A stretch of 32,000 nt of DNA from Anaerobacillus isosaccharinicus (GTDB taxonomy: Bacteria; Bacillota; Bacilli; Bacillales; Anaerobacillaceae): positions 826,164 through 858,163 of the forward strand of contig NZ_CP063356.2 of the NCBI RefSeq assembly GCF_001866075.4, given 5' to 3'. The notes under the pieces were generated by a model that did no database searches, had not been told where the DNA came from, and saw only the letters and a program-made list of their open reading frames with translations. A program made the position numbers and the translations under genes. The first letter of the stretch is position 1, and each line of letters starts with the position of its first letter. Below are positions 20,399 to 29,211 of this stretch, in pieces.

Positions 20399-21366
20399 TG
20401 GATAATCATTGGTTTGTAGGGGTAGATATTGGTGGAACAACGATAAAAATGGCTTTTATCGATACATATGGTGAAATCATCACGAAGTGGGAAATTGCTA
20501 CGAATACGCATAATGAAGGTAGGCAAATTACAACTGATATTAGTAAGTCGATATTTATGAAATTAGATGAATTGAATGAGCCTAAGGAAAAGTTAGCAGG
20601 AATTGGTGTGGGTGCACCAGGATTTATTAATATGGAAAATGGCTTTATTTATAAGGCTGTAAATATTGGTTGGAAGGACTTCCCTCTAAAGGATCGTCTT
20701 GAAGTTGATACAGGATTACCAGTAGTCGTAGATAATGATGCTAATTTAGCGGCCCTTGGTGAGATGTGGCGTGGAGCTGGTGACGGCGCGAAAAATTTAC
20801 TTGCAGTAACATTAGGTACAGGTGTTGGTGGTGGGCTAATAGCCAATGGAAACATCGTACATGGAGTCAATGGGATGGCTGGTGAAATTGGTCATCTTAC
20901 ATCAGTGGCTAAAGGTGGAGCGCCATGTAATTGTGGGAAAACAGGTTGTTTAGAAACGATAGCATCGGCAACAGGCATCGCCCGAATTGCTAAAGAAAAA
21001 GCGAGTGAATCAAATGATAGTGAACTTGCCATAATCTTAAGTCGTGATGGTAAGCTTACGGCAAAAGACGTATTTGATGCTGCTAGTAAAGAAGATGCTT
21101 TGGCTTTGGAAGTAGTTGACGAAATAAGCTTCCACTTGGGATTAGCAATTGCCAATCTTGCTAATGCAGTAAATCCAGAAAAAATTGTCATTGGTGGCGG
21201 AGTATCTAAAGCTGGTGATTTATTAATTGATCATATTAATAAGCATTTTCAGACCTATGCTTTGCCAAGAGTAGCACAAGGTGCAAAGATTGCTGTTGCG
21301 ACGTTAGGAAACGATGCCGGTGTTATTGGAGCTGTCTGGTTAATCAAGCAGAAGGTTAATAATTAA
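20398..21366 (+). CDS. glcK: ROK-family glucokinase
   Basis: FVGVDIGGTTIKMAFID, VDNDANLAALGE, GTGVGGGLI, GEIGHLTSVAKGGAPCNCGKTGCLETIAS. Confidence 0.94.
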   Translation: MDNHWFVGVDIGGTTIKMAFIDTYGEIITKWEIATNTHNEGRQITTDISKSIFMKLDELNEPKEKLAGIGVGAPGFINMENGFIYKAVNIGWKDFPLKDRLEVDTGLPVVVDNDANLAALGEMWRGAGDGAKNLLAVTLGTGVGGGLIANGNIVHGVNGMAGEIGHLTSVAKGGAPCNCGKTGCLETIASATGIARIAKEKASESNDSELAIILSRDGKLTAKDVFDAASKEDALALEVVDEISFHLGLAIANLANAVNPEKIVIGGGVSKAGDLLIDHINKHFQTYALPRVAQGAKIAVATLGNDAGVIGAVWLIKQKVNN

Positions 21367-21386
21367 AATAGTGAAGAAAAAGGAAT

Positions 21387-21424
21387 GGTCAGGCACCTCT
21401 TTATTGAAGAGTCTGGCCTTTTTT
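21387..21424 (+). terminator. Intrinsic terminator after glcK
   Basis: GGTCAG...CTCTT-tattg-AAGAG-t-CTGGCC followed by T tract. Confidence 0.8.
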
Positions 21425-21639
21425 CGTGCTTATAATGTGCGGGTGTGGATGAGCTTCTTTTCTGAAAAGTTACGATCTTTATAGAGCCATATTAGTGCCC
21501 GAAAAATCGAATACTGGATAGTTTGGGTCACCGTAGAGCCCCTATTAGTTCACAATTAGGGTCACTATTAAGCATTATTAAATTCCCAAACTTTTTTATT
21601 TGTGAGAGTTGTCGAATAGTGGGATAATGGATAAGATAG

Positions 21640-23370
21640 ACTCTCGGAATAAATGATGAGTTTATCGAAGATTTGTAAAAAATTTACTGGGAATTTCATT
21701 AACAGGACAGCAAAGTGATGTGTTTTCATAGTGTTTTCAAAAAAGTGTATACCAAATAAGCCTACGGCTGCTATTTTTTAAAAATGACTAGGCGCTCTTA
21801 GAAAAGATGATTTCTTGGATGTTCAAAGTCTCTTTCTGACTACTGTACCAAGCATCTATGTGTTGACACATCATGATTGAATATAAGCGGACATACCACA
21901 TTTTTGTAGAGCGATGACGCCCAGATTCTAAGTGATAGTCGACTTTTTCTCTTTTGTTCGAACGTTCAACTGAAGTTCTTCGTTTATAAATCAGTTTCCA
22001 CTTTTCAGAAGACCTCGGTGTTTTAGTGAACAGACGAAGATTATCTTGCTTAAACGTATGAAATGTCCGGCCATACTTCGCTTTAGAACACGGAGTGGAA
22101 CATGTATTTTTTGTTCCGCAAGCTAGTGGACAACGCCACTTTTGGCGGTTTTGAGATTTGTCAAACCCATTGGGTTTCATTTCCATTCCAATTGGACAAA
22201 TAGGAACGCCTAGGGGAGAAATCTGAATATCACTTTGCGTACTGAAGTTTTTCTTTGTTCGAACATTAAGATCAATAAATGGTTCCACATTATGATGGTC
22301 CAGTAATTCGTAAATCGGTTCTGCATCATGTGCGGCATCGAGAAGGATTTTATCAATTGTGCCCAAGGTGTACCGTTGCGAAAATTCAATTGAACCAACC
22401 ACTAGGCTGACTGAATCATGCCGGGAAGCAGGATGCAGCCGTGGATATAGCGGCAAGTCGTATTGGCTATCGCTAGTGGATATCATGTAGAGATGATATC
22501 CGTTGAAGTACCTCTCCCGTGAACTATCCCAACCTGAGTCGATGTCAGGTTGAGAATATCGACGAGGATGAGTACAATTCGTTAGTCCTTGGGCACTACA
22601 ATCACAAATAGGTTTGCTCCTTGGGTATCTCGCTGTTTCCACGGGTGTCCCATCTCCAACAACACCAAGGGAATGGGGATCCCCAAGCAAACCCAATCTC
22701 GCTGAAACTTCAAGAAATTGAGATTGAAAAAACGCGTATAATTGATCTCCCGGCAATTGTTTTTGTTTTGAGCCATTGCGTAAATGACGATCCACTAATT
22801 TTCTAATAATACCAGGGTTTCTAGGAGTTGCTTTTTCACCCTTTTTCGGTTTTTTCTTCTTCTTCTTTTTTCGTTTGAGCTTAATAAAAGGTTTTACATT
22901 AGCCTTCTCAAAACCTGATAGCCGTCTGAAGAAGTCATAAAAAGTACCGACACCTGGAACATCCCCAGGTTCAAAGCCGCTAAGGATCGTGTAAAGAGGA
23001 ACACGATGGAGTTGGTTCACCCATTCTGTAATACTCAGGGTCGGACTTGTCAATAAACACAAAAGATAAGAGCGAAGCATGGAAGCAGGATCACGTGGCT
23101 CAGGACCTTTAACTGAATATGAATCATGAAGCCACGTAGTGGTAAACGAAAGATCCGTGATCCATAACTTCGAGATAATAGTCCAATCTTTTTGTACGAG
23201 AGTCAGTATACCGCCTGAGTAATGAGTATTTAATTGGTCTAAAACGAAGTTTTGATATGAGATATGTGGTATTAGCGCAGGTTTCATTTAAATCCCCCAT
23301 TTCACCGTATTGTTAGGAAGTCAATTCCTCCTCGGCGATTATTGGGGTTCCACTAAAAAGTCAAGTGTTT
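21640..23370. mobile_element. Insertion sequence carrying the transposase; ends only approximate
   Basis: Single full-length transposase ORF inserted between glcK and yqgU. Terminal inverted repeats and target duplication not convincingly identified. Confidence 0.5.
21788..23287 (-). CDS. DDE transposase (IS4/IS5-superfamily type, family not resolved)
   Basis: VVGDGTPVETARYPRSKPICDC, DIDSGWDSSRERYFNGYHLYM, LLDAAHDAEPIYELL, RRTSVERSNKREKVDYHLESGRHRS. Confidence 0.85.
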   Translation of the reverse strand: MKPALIPHISYQNFVLDQLNTHYSGGILTLVQKDWTIISKLWITDLSFTTTWLHDSYSVKGPEPRDPASMLRSYLLCLLTSPTLSITEWVNQLHRVPLYTILSGFEPGDVPGVGTFYDFFRRLSGFEKANVKPFIKLKRKKKKKKKPKKGEKATPRNPGIIRKLVDRHLRNGSKQKQLPGDQLYAFFQSQFLEVSARLGLLGDPHSLGVVGDGTPVETARYPRSKPICDCSAQGLTNCTHPRRYSQPDIDSGWDSSRERYFNGYHLYMISTSDSQYDLPLYPRLHPASRHDSVSLVVGSIEFSQRYTLGTIDKILLDAAHDAEPIYELLDHHNVEPFIDLNVRTKKNFSTQSDIQISPLGVPICPIGMEMKPNGFDKSQNRQKWRCPLACGTKNTCSTPCSKAKYGRTFHTFKQDNLRLFTKTPRSSEKWKLIYKRRTSVERSNKREKVDYHLESGRHRSTKMWYVRLYSIMMCQHIDAWYSSQKETLNIQEIIFSKSA

Positions 23371-23435
23371 TTTTAGTTTTTTTATGATATTTTTCAACAA
23401 TTAATTTCCAATTGAAGAAGAAAACTAAAGTAAAA

Positions 23436-23530
23436 ATCCCACCTAGAAATAGGAGGGATACAAATAAATTGGTTCAAGAAAACCTTGAGCCACAAGGCTC
23501 GGCAAATGCCGAGAGTCTATTAAGTAACGA
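23436..23530 (+). promoter_or_regulatory. Structured 5' leader of yqgU (putative)
   Basis: ATCCCACCT/AGGAGGGAT hairpin (23436-23459), GAGCC/GGCTC (23487-23500) and CTCGGC-aaat-GCCGAG (23498-23513), the last two sharing CTC. Confidence 0.4.
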
Positions 23531-23543
23531 GGAGGGGTGAACG

Positions 23544-24665
23544 TTGAGAAAACTTTATGTAATCCTAATACTTATCTTCCTAACTAGTTGCAATCCGCCT
23601 GATGAGGTTCTAACTGGTAATAATGTTGGTTTGCACTCTTCAAATTTAGTCGGAAAATCTGGCGTGCCCCCAGCTTTAACTAAACAAGAACGGTTACAAA
23701 GTATCGGAACAAACATGTATAGCTTTGTATCGGTAAATGAATGGTTTGATAAAGAAACAATTCTATATTTAACCGATGAAAATGGCGTTTCGATTATTAA
23801 TAAGTTTGAAATTTTAACAGGGGAAGAAGAAAAATTCTTTCAAATAGATGAACCAATTGTTCGCTTAGATGCTAATCCAGACAAATCAGTTTTCGTTATT
23901 GAAGTAGCGACAATTAATGGGCAGAAAGAGTTTTATTTTCTAAACAAGAGTGGGAAAGTCCTATACAGATTAGAGGACAGTGGTGAAGAACTTCAGTTAT
24001 ATTGGAATCCGTATAAAGAAAATGAACTACTGATTGCAGTATTGCTAGAAGATTATTCAATTAAACTATTGAAGCTCAATCTTAATACAAAAAGACTAAC
24101 AGATTTTGACTTCGAACACTACTATGTACAATGGATAAATAAAAACGAACTTGCCTTTTTGAATTGGGATATGTTTTCACTCAGCTACTATGCACCGCTA
24201 TATACTTATGACATCCAAAAAAAACAAAAAATGAAACTTTCAGAGGAAATTATTGCTTTTTTTACATCTGAAAATTATTTATTAACAATTTCTATAGAAG
24301 ATACCGCTACGCAAAATTCAAACTATACTTTTTATGATTCTAATACGAAAAAAATTCTTTCTAAACTTCATGTACCTGTTTTAAATACGTACTCAGAGCA
24401 GTGGTGGATTCCAAATCACGAATTCCATGAAAATACCTTTTATTTTATTAAGCCTAATAAAAGTGGAGATTTGTTTAACTATAGTGAAGGGTACACCTTA
24501 GTCTCATTTCAAATGGATACTGGGAAAACAAAAGAAATTGTCTCTTTAGATGTAAATTATCCAATGAAACTCTCACCTAATGGCCGCTGGCTATTATACG
24601 GTTATCAATTAGAAAAAATCGTCGATATAAAAAAGAAAGAAGTCCATTCATTAATCTATTGGTAA
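23544..24665 (+). CDS. yqgU: YqgU-like lipoprotein with predicted beta-propeller repeats
   Basis: Signal with lipobox LTSC; TTG start after GAGGAGGGG; syntenic position after glcK. Confidence 0.8.
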   Translation: MRKLYVILILIFLTSCNPPDEVLTGNNVGLHSSNLVGKSGVPPALTKQERLQSIGTNMYSFVSVNEWFDKETILYLTDENGVSIINKFEILTGEEEKFFQIDEPIVRLDANPDKSVFVIEVATINGQKEFYFLNKSGKVLYRLEDSGEELQLYWNPYKENELLIAVLLEDYSIKLLKLNLNTKRLTDFDFEHYYVQWINKNELAFLNWDMFSLSYYAPLYTYDIQKKQKMKLSEEIIAFFTSENYLLTISIEDTATQNSNYTFYDSNTKKILSKLHVPVLNTYSEQWWIPNHEFHENTFYFIKPNKSGDLFNYSEGYTLVSFQMDTGKTKEIVSLDVNYPMKLSPNGRWLLYGYQLEKIVDIKKKEVHSLIYW

Positions 24666-24703
24666 GCAAAACGATTGAAAATAATTAGTTTTCTGTCATA
24701 ATT

Positions 24704-24733
24704 GAATGTAGAATGTAGAATGTAGAATGTAGA
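24704..24733. repeat. Heptameric tandem repeat (GAATGTA)n, about 4.3 copies
   Basis: Direct reading: gaatgtagaatgtagaatgtagaatgtaga. Confidence 0.97.
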
Positions 24734-24811
24734 TATTGATTGCTCAGGTTTTGAAGTGTTAATTTATCAAATCTAAGTAAATGCTACATTTTTAATGCCT
24801 AACTTAATAAA

Positions 24812-24897
24812 GACTAGGGGTGCCAATCCGTTGGCTGAGAAAAAGGTAAAACTTTTACCCTTGAACCTGATCTGGGTTACACCAGCGTAGGAAAGTC
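24812..24897 (+). promoter_or_regulatory. TPP riboswitch (THI element)
   Basis: AGGGGTGCC...GGCTGAGA...ACCCTTGAACCTGATCTGGGTTACACCAGCGTAGGAAAG, just upstream of thiE. Confidence 0.98.
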
Positions 24898-24917
24898 GTC
24901 GATCAAATGCAACTATT

Positions 24918-24958
24918 AGTCGTAATCCGTCTTTCTTTACTGGATTACGACTTTTTTT
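24918..24958 (+). terminator. Riboswitch expression-platform terminator
   Basis: AGTCGTAATCC ... GGATTACGACT followed by T7. Confidence 0.95.
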
Positions 24959-24998
24959 ACTAGTTTGATAAAAATCAATTTTTTACTGGAGGTATGAA

Positions 24999-25634
24999 AT
25001 GAAAGATTTTCGTTTATATGCGATAACTGGAGAAGAATTTCACAAAGGAAGAGATTTAATTCAAGTAATGGAGGAGGCAATTCTTGGTGGAGTCGATATT
25101 ATCCAACTTAGAGATAAATATAGTAGCAAAAAAGAAGTGCTTAGAAAGGCAAAACTATTAAAAGAACTAGCAAAAAAATATGATATACCATTAATTATTA
25201 ATGACCATATTGATGTGGCACTTGCCGTGGACGCAGATGGTATACATATTGGCCAAGATGATTTGCCGCTAGAAGAGGCCAGAAAAATTATCGGTAAAAA
25301 TAAAATAATCGGTATTTCAACTCATGAAATTGAAGAAGCACGAGAAGCCCAGAAAAATGGAGCCGATTATATCGGAGTTGGACCTATCTTCCCAACAAAA
25401 AGCAAAGTAGATGTGGTTGATCCTGTTACGACAAAATATATTGAGGAAGTAGTAAAGGAAATCACGATTCCGTTTGTGGCAATTGGTGGTATTAAACTGC
25501 ATAATGTTGATCAAGTGTTAGATGCAGGAGCAACTAGAATTTGTGCGATCAGCGAAATTGTTGGCAATGAGGATGTAACAAGAGTTTGTCAATTATTTAT
25601 AAAAAAAATCGATGAAAGGTTGTTGATTAAGTGA
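24999..25634 (+). CDS. thiE: Thiamine phosphate synthase
   Basis: MKDFRLYAITG, IQLRDKYSSKKE, LIINDHIDVALAVDADGIHIGQDDLP, IGISTH, DYIGVGPIFPTKSK, VAIGGI. Confidence 0.96.
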   Translation: MKDFRLYAITGEEFHKGRDLIQVMEEAILGGVDIIQLRDKYSSKKEVLRKAKLLKELAKKYDIPLIINDHIDVALAVDADGIHIGQDDLPLEEARKIIGKNKIIGISTHEIEEAREAQKNGADYIGVGPIFPTKSKVDVVDPVTTKYIEEVVKEITIPFVAIGGIKLHNVDQVLDAGATRICAISEIVGNEDVTRVCQLFIKKIDERLLIK

Positions 25635-25828
25635 TTGTAGTTATTAACGGAGAAACAACTGAACTAGAACTTGAAACTTTAGCAGAGATCGTTGCTCATT
25701 TTAAATTAGACCCAAATCTAGTCGTCACCGAAGTAGATAACTTAATTATTGAAGTTGAAGAACGTTCAGCTACGAAGCTTTACGAAGGTATGAAAATTGA
25801 GATTGTTCAATTTGTTGGTGGCGGTTGA
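25631..25828 (+). CDS. thiS: Sulfur carrier protein ThiS
   Basis: 65 aa, C-terminal VQFVGGG; GTG start overlaps the thiE stop by 4 nt. Confidence 0.93.
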   Translation: MIVVINGETTELELETLAEIVAHFKLDPNLVVTEVDNLIIEVEERSATKLYEGMKIEIVQFVGGG

Positions 25829-25864
25829 TAGATCATAAACATTAAAAAAGGTGAGGTTCTAAAG

Positions 25865-26671
25865 ATGACAATAGGAAAAGCTTTAACAATTGCTGGTTCT
25901 GATTGTGGTGGCGGTGCTGGGATTCAAGCAGACTTAAAAACGTTCCAAGAGCGTGATGTATTTGGAATGAGTGTAATAACCGTGCTAACAGCTCAAAATA
26001 CGTTAGGAGTTCATGGTGTATTTCCCCAAACGTTAGAAGCCATTGAGGGACAAATGGATGCTATTTTTCAAGATATGGGAGCTAATGCGGTAAAAACAGG
26101 GATGCTCTTTTCAGAAGAAATTATTAATCTCGTTGCCGATAAATTAGTACAATATGAAGTGAAAAATGTTGTTGTTGATCCTGTCATGATTGCAAAAGGT
26201 GGGGCTCCGCTTCTACAAAAACAAGCAATGAATGCTTTAAAAACAAAATTACTCCCATTAGCGACAGTGATTACACCAAATATCCCTGAGGCATGTGAAA
26301 TTCTTGGATTCTCTTCAATTGATACATTAGAGGAAATGAAAGACGCAGCCAGTGCCTTACAAAAACTCGGGCCAAGGTTTGTTGTATTAAAAGGTGGACA
26401 TTTAGAAGATGAAAATGAAGCTATCGATGTTCTTTTTGATGGGGAAAGTTTTCACTATTTTGCAGCGAAAAGAATAAAGACAATTCATACACATGGTACA
26501 GGTTGTACATTCGCGGCTGCAATCACAGCAGAATTAGCTAAGGGTCAAGATATAAGAGCAGCTGTAACAACAGCTAAGAATTTTATCCAAGCTGCTATTG
26601 AGCAATCTCTTTGTATTGGAAAGGGAATTGGCCCAACAAGACATAGTGCATATCGTAATAAAAAAGATTAA
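25865..26671 (+). CDS. thiD: Hydroxymethylpyrimidine/phosphomethylpyrimidine kinase
   Basis: ALTIAGSDCGGGAGIQADLKTF, DPVMIAKGGAPLL, ITPNIPEACEILG, HTHGTGCTFAAAI. Confidence 0.94.
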   Translation: MTIGKALTIAGSDCGGGAGIQADLKTFQERDVFGMSVITVLTAQNTLGVHGVFPQTLEAIEGQMDAIFQDMGANAVKTGMLFSEEIINLVADKLVQYEVKNVVVDPVMIAKGGAPLLQKQAMNALKTKLLPLATVITPNIPEACEILGFSSIDTLEEMKDAASALQKLGPRFVVLKGGHLEDENEAIDVLFDGESFHYFAAKRIKTIHTHGTGCTFAAAITAELAKGQDIRAAVTTAKNFIQAAIEQSLCIGKGIGPTRHSAYRNKKD

Positions 26672-26679
26672 ACATTCGA

Positions 26680-26719
26680 CTGTTCACAAGTAGTAATGAC
26701 TTGAGAACAGTCTTTTTCC
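26680..26719 (+). terminator. Intrinsic terminator after thiD
   Basis: GACTGTTC-aCAAGT...ACTTG-a-GAACAGTC followed by T5. Confidence 0.85.
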
Positions 26720-26930
26720 TGAATAAAGTGCTTAAAGCTAATCAAGGTGCCTTCAGCTAAAATCATGTTTTAGCGGGAAATAGGTAACTTCAATGAATGG
26801 AAAGATGTCTTTTTACATGTTTATCAATAAGTGCTATGCTAGTACTAGTACCGTTTAATCGTAGTTTCTTTAAATGGGGTATGCAGTTAAGTTAATAAAA
26901 AAAAATAATCATTAACCCAAGGAGGGGCTT

Positions 26931-27515
26931 GTGAATAAATTTGTTTTTTTACTACCAGTAAGTGTTATGTTTTTACTATTTTATTTTGGCTATCAGTATA
27001 TTAATAGTAGTGAAACAGCTACAAATGAATCTTTACAAAATGATATAGTGATTTCTTTGGATGCAAATCGAAGTGGGCAAGAGGTATTGTTACGAGGGAC
27101 ATGGGATTGGACGCAAATGCCTGTCGATGGGTTGATTGGTGATGATTATATTATGATTACGATTAAACAAGAAGATGATACACCAATTAATTCTTTAAAT
27201 GTTCTCTCAGCTGAGTTGTTCCTTTTAAAAGGTGAACAGCAGTTACAATCTGTTATTGGAGAAGTTGATCCAAATGGAATAGTGTTTACTTTTCCTAATA
27301 AAATCGTTGATCATGAGAGCTTTGGCAATAGAGGCGAAATAGAGGTTGTTCTTTATTTAGCCGACGAAGCATCCTACATAGCTACGTTTACTTATGTTCA
27401 CACATGGGTAGATCATCAACTAGTAGGCTTTAACCAACTTTATTCTTTAGAGGCTGGTCTACAAGATATACTTACAAATAAATATTGGTCAGTTAAACGA
27501 TTTTTAGAGTTTTAA
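26931..27515 (+). CDS. Hypothetical membrane-anchored extracytoplasmic protein
   Basis: GTG start after GGAGGGG; single N-terminal TM. Confidence 0.7.
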   Translation: MNKFVFLLPVSVMFLLFYFGYQYINSSETATNESLQNDIVISLDANRSGQEVLLRGTWDWTQMPVDGLIGDDYIMITIKQEDDTPINSLNVLSAELFLLKGEQQLQSVIGEVDPNGIVFTFPNKIVDHESFGNRGEIEVVLYLADEASYIATFTYVHTWVDHQLVGFNQLYSLEAGLQDILTNKYWSVKRFLEF

Positions 27516-27530
27516 GGGGTGTGACGTTCA

Positions 27531-28601
27531 TTGATTAAGGGCATGTCTTATCAAAATGGGATATTCTTTATGGGAAAACGTCATATTTCTTGCGCTTATC
27601 ATGATCAGGGGAAGATTGTTGAATGGGTAAAGCCGTTAATTGGTAAATCACTTTTTATTGCATGTAAACAAGTCGTCATGGCAATGCCGCTGTGGTTTAA
27701 AATGTTCTCACTCCTTTATTTCGGAATGATTTTCATACCAAAATTCTCTACCTTAATTGGAAATGAATTTGCTTGGCAGGGATTTCCGTTTTATTTTTTG
27801 TTTTACTACATGTTTGGAACTCATTTTATTTTCCCTACTAGTTTACGTAAGTATCACGGTGCAGAGCATAAAGTATTTAGTTACCGGGGCGTTAAAGCGA
27901 TGTATAATGCTGAAAAAATAAAGCAAGCGAAAATTACTAATCGATATTGTTCTACAAATCTCGTTGTCGTTTATTTTCTCAGTGTCATTTTTTTAACGTT
28001 AGTGGCGTTAATATACTATCCGTTCCTTATTGCACTTGCCTGGGCTTCATATGGAGCTATTATAGTAGCGCCTTTAATAAATTCTCAGTTAAATCGTTTT
28101 GGTATGGGAGGATTTCGTCATTTTGTATTGAAGATTTCTTATTTTCTTCAAGAGCGAGTGACAACAGCACAACCGGACGATTTTCATATTAGAACAGCTA
28201 TTAGATCTTATCGACGGCTTGCTTTAAAGGAGTTCCCAAATGAACTTAAAGAACCAGTCAAACTGAAAAAGGAGGAAAAGAAATTGGCAATTGTAGATAT
28301 TACTATTATTCCGATCGGTACGAATGGACCAAGTGTAAGTAATTATGTAGTAGAAATCCATAAGGTGTTAGAGAGTTTTGGTGAAAAAGTCAACTTTCAA
28401 TTAACACCGATGAGTACGATTATAGAAGGTGAATTACCGGTATTATTCGAAGTCATCCAAGCGCTACATGAAGTTCCATTTGCGAAGGGTGTTCAAAGAG
28501 TGGCAACAAATATCCGGATCGATGATCGCCGCGATAAAGAGCAAACAATGTCAGGGAAATTAAATAGTGTTGAAGAAAAGCTAAAAAAAACAGAGATATA
28601 A
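27531..28601 (+). CDS. DUF1385 (YqhQ-like) membrane domain fused in frame to MTH1187/YqgV-family thiamine-binding-like domain
   Basis: N-term KYHGAEHKVFSYRG and TM helices; C-term AIVDITIIPIGTNGPSVSNYVVEIHKVLESFGEKVNFQLTPMSTIIEGE. Confidence 0.85.
   Translation: MIKGMSYQNGIFFMGKRHISCAYHDQGKIVEWVKPLIGKSLFIACKQVVMAMPLWFKMFSLLYFGMIFIPKFSTLIGNEFAWQGFPFYFLFYYMFGTHFIFPTSLRKYHGAEHKVFSYRGVKAMYNAEKIKQAKITNRYCSTNLVVVYFLSVIFLTLVALIYYPFLIALAWASYGAIIVAPLINSQLNRFGMGGFRHFVLKISYFLQERVTTAQPDDFHIRTAIRSYRRLALKEFPNELKEPVKLKKEEKKLAIVDITIIPIGTNGPSVSNYVVEIHKVLESFGEKVNFQLTPMSTIIEGELPVLFEVIQALHEVPFAKGVQRVATNIRIDDRRDKEQTMSGKLNSVEEKLKKTEI
28284..28601 (+). CDS. yqgV: Possible internally initiated standalone YqgV-type protein
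   Basis: GGAGG at 28271-28275, 8 nt upstream of the in-frame TTG at 28284, exactly at the YqgV domain boundary. Confidence 0.55.
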   Translation: MAIVDITIIPIGTNGPSVSNYVVEIHKVLESFGEKVNFQLTPMSTIIEGELPVLFEVIQALHEVPFAKGVQRVATNIRIDDRRDKEQTMSGKLNSVEEKLKKTEI

Positions 28602-28605
28602 TAAC

Positions 28606-28653
28606 AAAAGAACCTGGCTCAAGCGACTGAGTCAGGTTCTTTTAGTATTTTTT
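28606..28653 (+). terminator. Intrinsic terminator
   Basis: AAAAGAACCTGGCTCA-agcgac-TGAGTCAGGTTCTTTT. Confidence 0.93.
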
Positions 28654-28689
28654 AAAAAAAAGAAAGAATAACTTTTTGAATTTTAAAAG

Positions 28690-28896
28690 TTGTCTAGCTC
28701 CGAGCGCCAGCTGCTCCTGCGGTTACTCGTCGCAAAATTGCGGAGAAGTTGCTCAAGAAGTATTTGGCTCGAGGACAAATAACCTGACGAGGAAAAAGGA
28801 TTTCACTTTTTCTTAGATAAAAAGTGAAAAAGCGCACTTTTTTTCTGCCAGAACATTTGCTTGTCGCCGCTAGGTGGGCGCTCTTCGCTTTTCTTA
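28690..28896. repeat. Structured intergenic repeat element (putative dispersed Bacillaceae-type repeat)
   Basis: Starts TTGTCTAGCTCCGAGCGCCAGCTG, ends CTAGGTGGGCGCTCTTCGCTTTTCTTA; GAGCGCC (28702) pairs with GGCGCTC (28877); internal CACTTTTT/AAAAAGTG hairpin. Confidence 0.65.
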
Positions 28897-29067
28897 AGCA
28901 CCAGTTCCTGTGAAGGAAGATAAAATTGTCATGACAGAAAACCATCCAAAAACAGCAAACGATAAAAATGCAAATGCTGCTCCAAAAAGGTTTTTGCGAC
29001 GGAATTCACGGAGAATACCAAAGCCACTTAGAATTGCTACTAATAATGTAATTATACCTAAAACCAT
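28894..29067 (-). CDS. DUF2759-family small membrane protein (YqgW-like)
   Basis: Absent from the ORF track. Minus-strand translation MVLGIITLLVAILSGFGILREFRRKNLFGAAFAFLSFAVFGWFSVMTILSSFTGTGA; GAGG upstream; syntenic position. Confidence 0.8.
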   Translation of the reverse strand: MVLGIITLLVAILSGFGILREFRRKNLFGAAFAFLSFAVFGWFSVMTILSSFTGTGA

Positions 29068-29211
29068 CCTGCAATACCTCCTAAATTAACTATGTAGTGT
29101 ATTATTTAATATTAATATGATTACCTAATATGAGTACACTATATCATTTTAAATGTTTTCAAATCGTTTGTCGAGGGGCACTTTGCAATAAAGCTAAAGT
29201 GAAAATAGTAT

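Noticed and set aside
22210-22806. Small ORFs overlapping the transposase (22210-22398, 22582-22776, 22621-22806)
   Set aside because: They fall within the intact transposase coding frame; no sign of a passenger gene.
21625-23365. Terminal inverted repeats of the IS (TTGTCGAATAGTGG near 21630 versus CTTGACTTTTTAGTGG on the complement near 23355)
   Set aside because: Only a short shared TAGTGG-type core aligns. Not enough to define ends or a target-site duplication by eye.
28694-28945. Minus-strand 83 aa ORF in the track
   Set aside because: It lies across the structured intergenic repeat and overlaps the better-supported DUF2759 gene in another frame. Composition is not protein-like.
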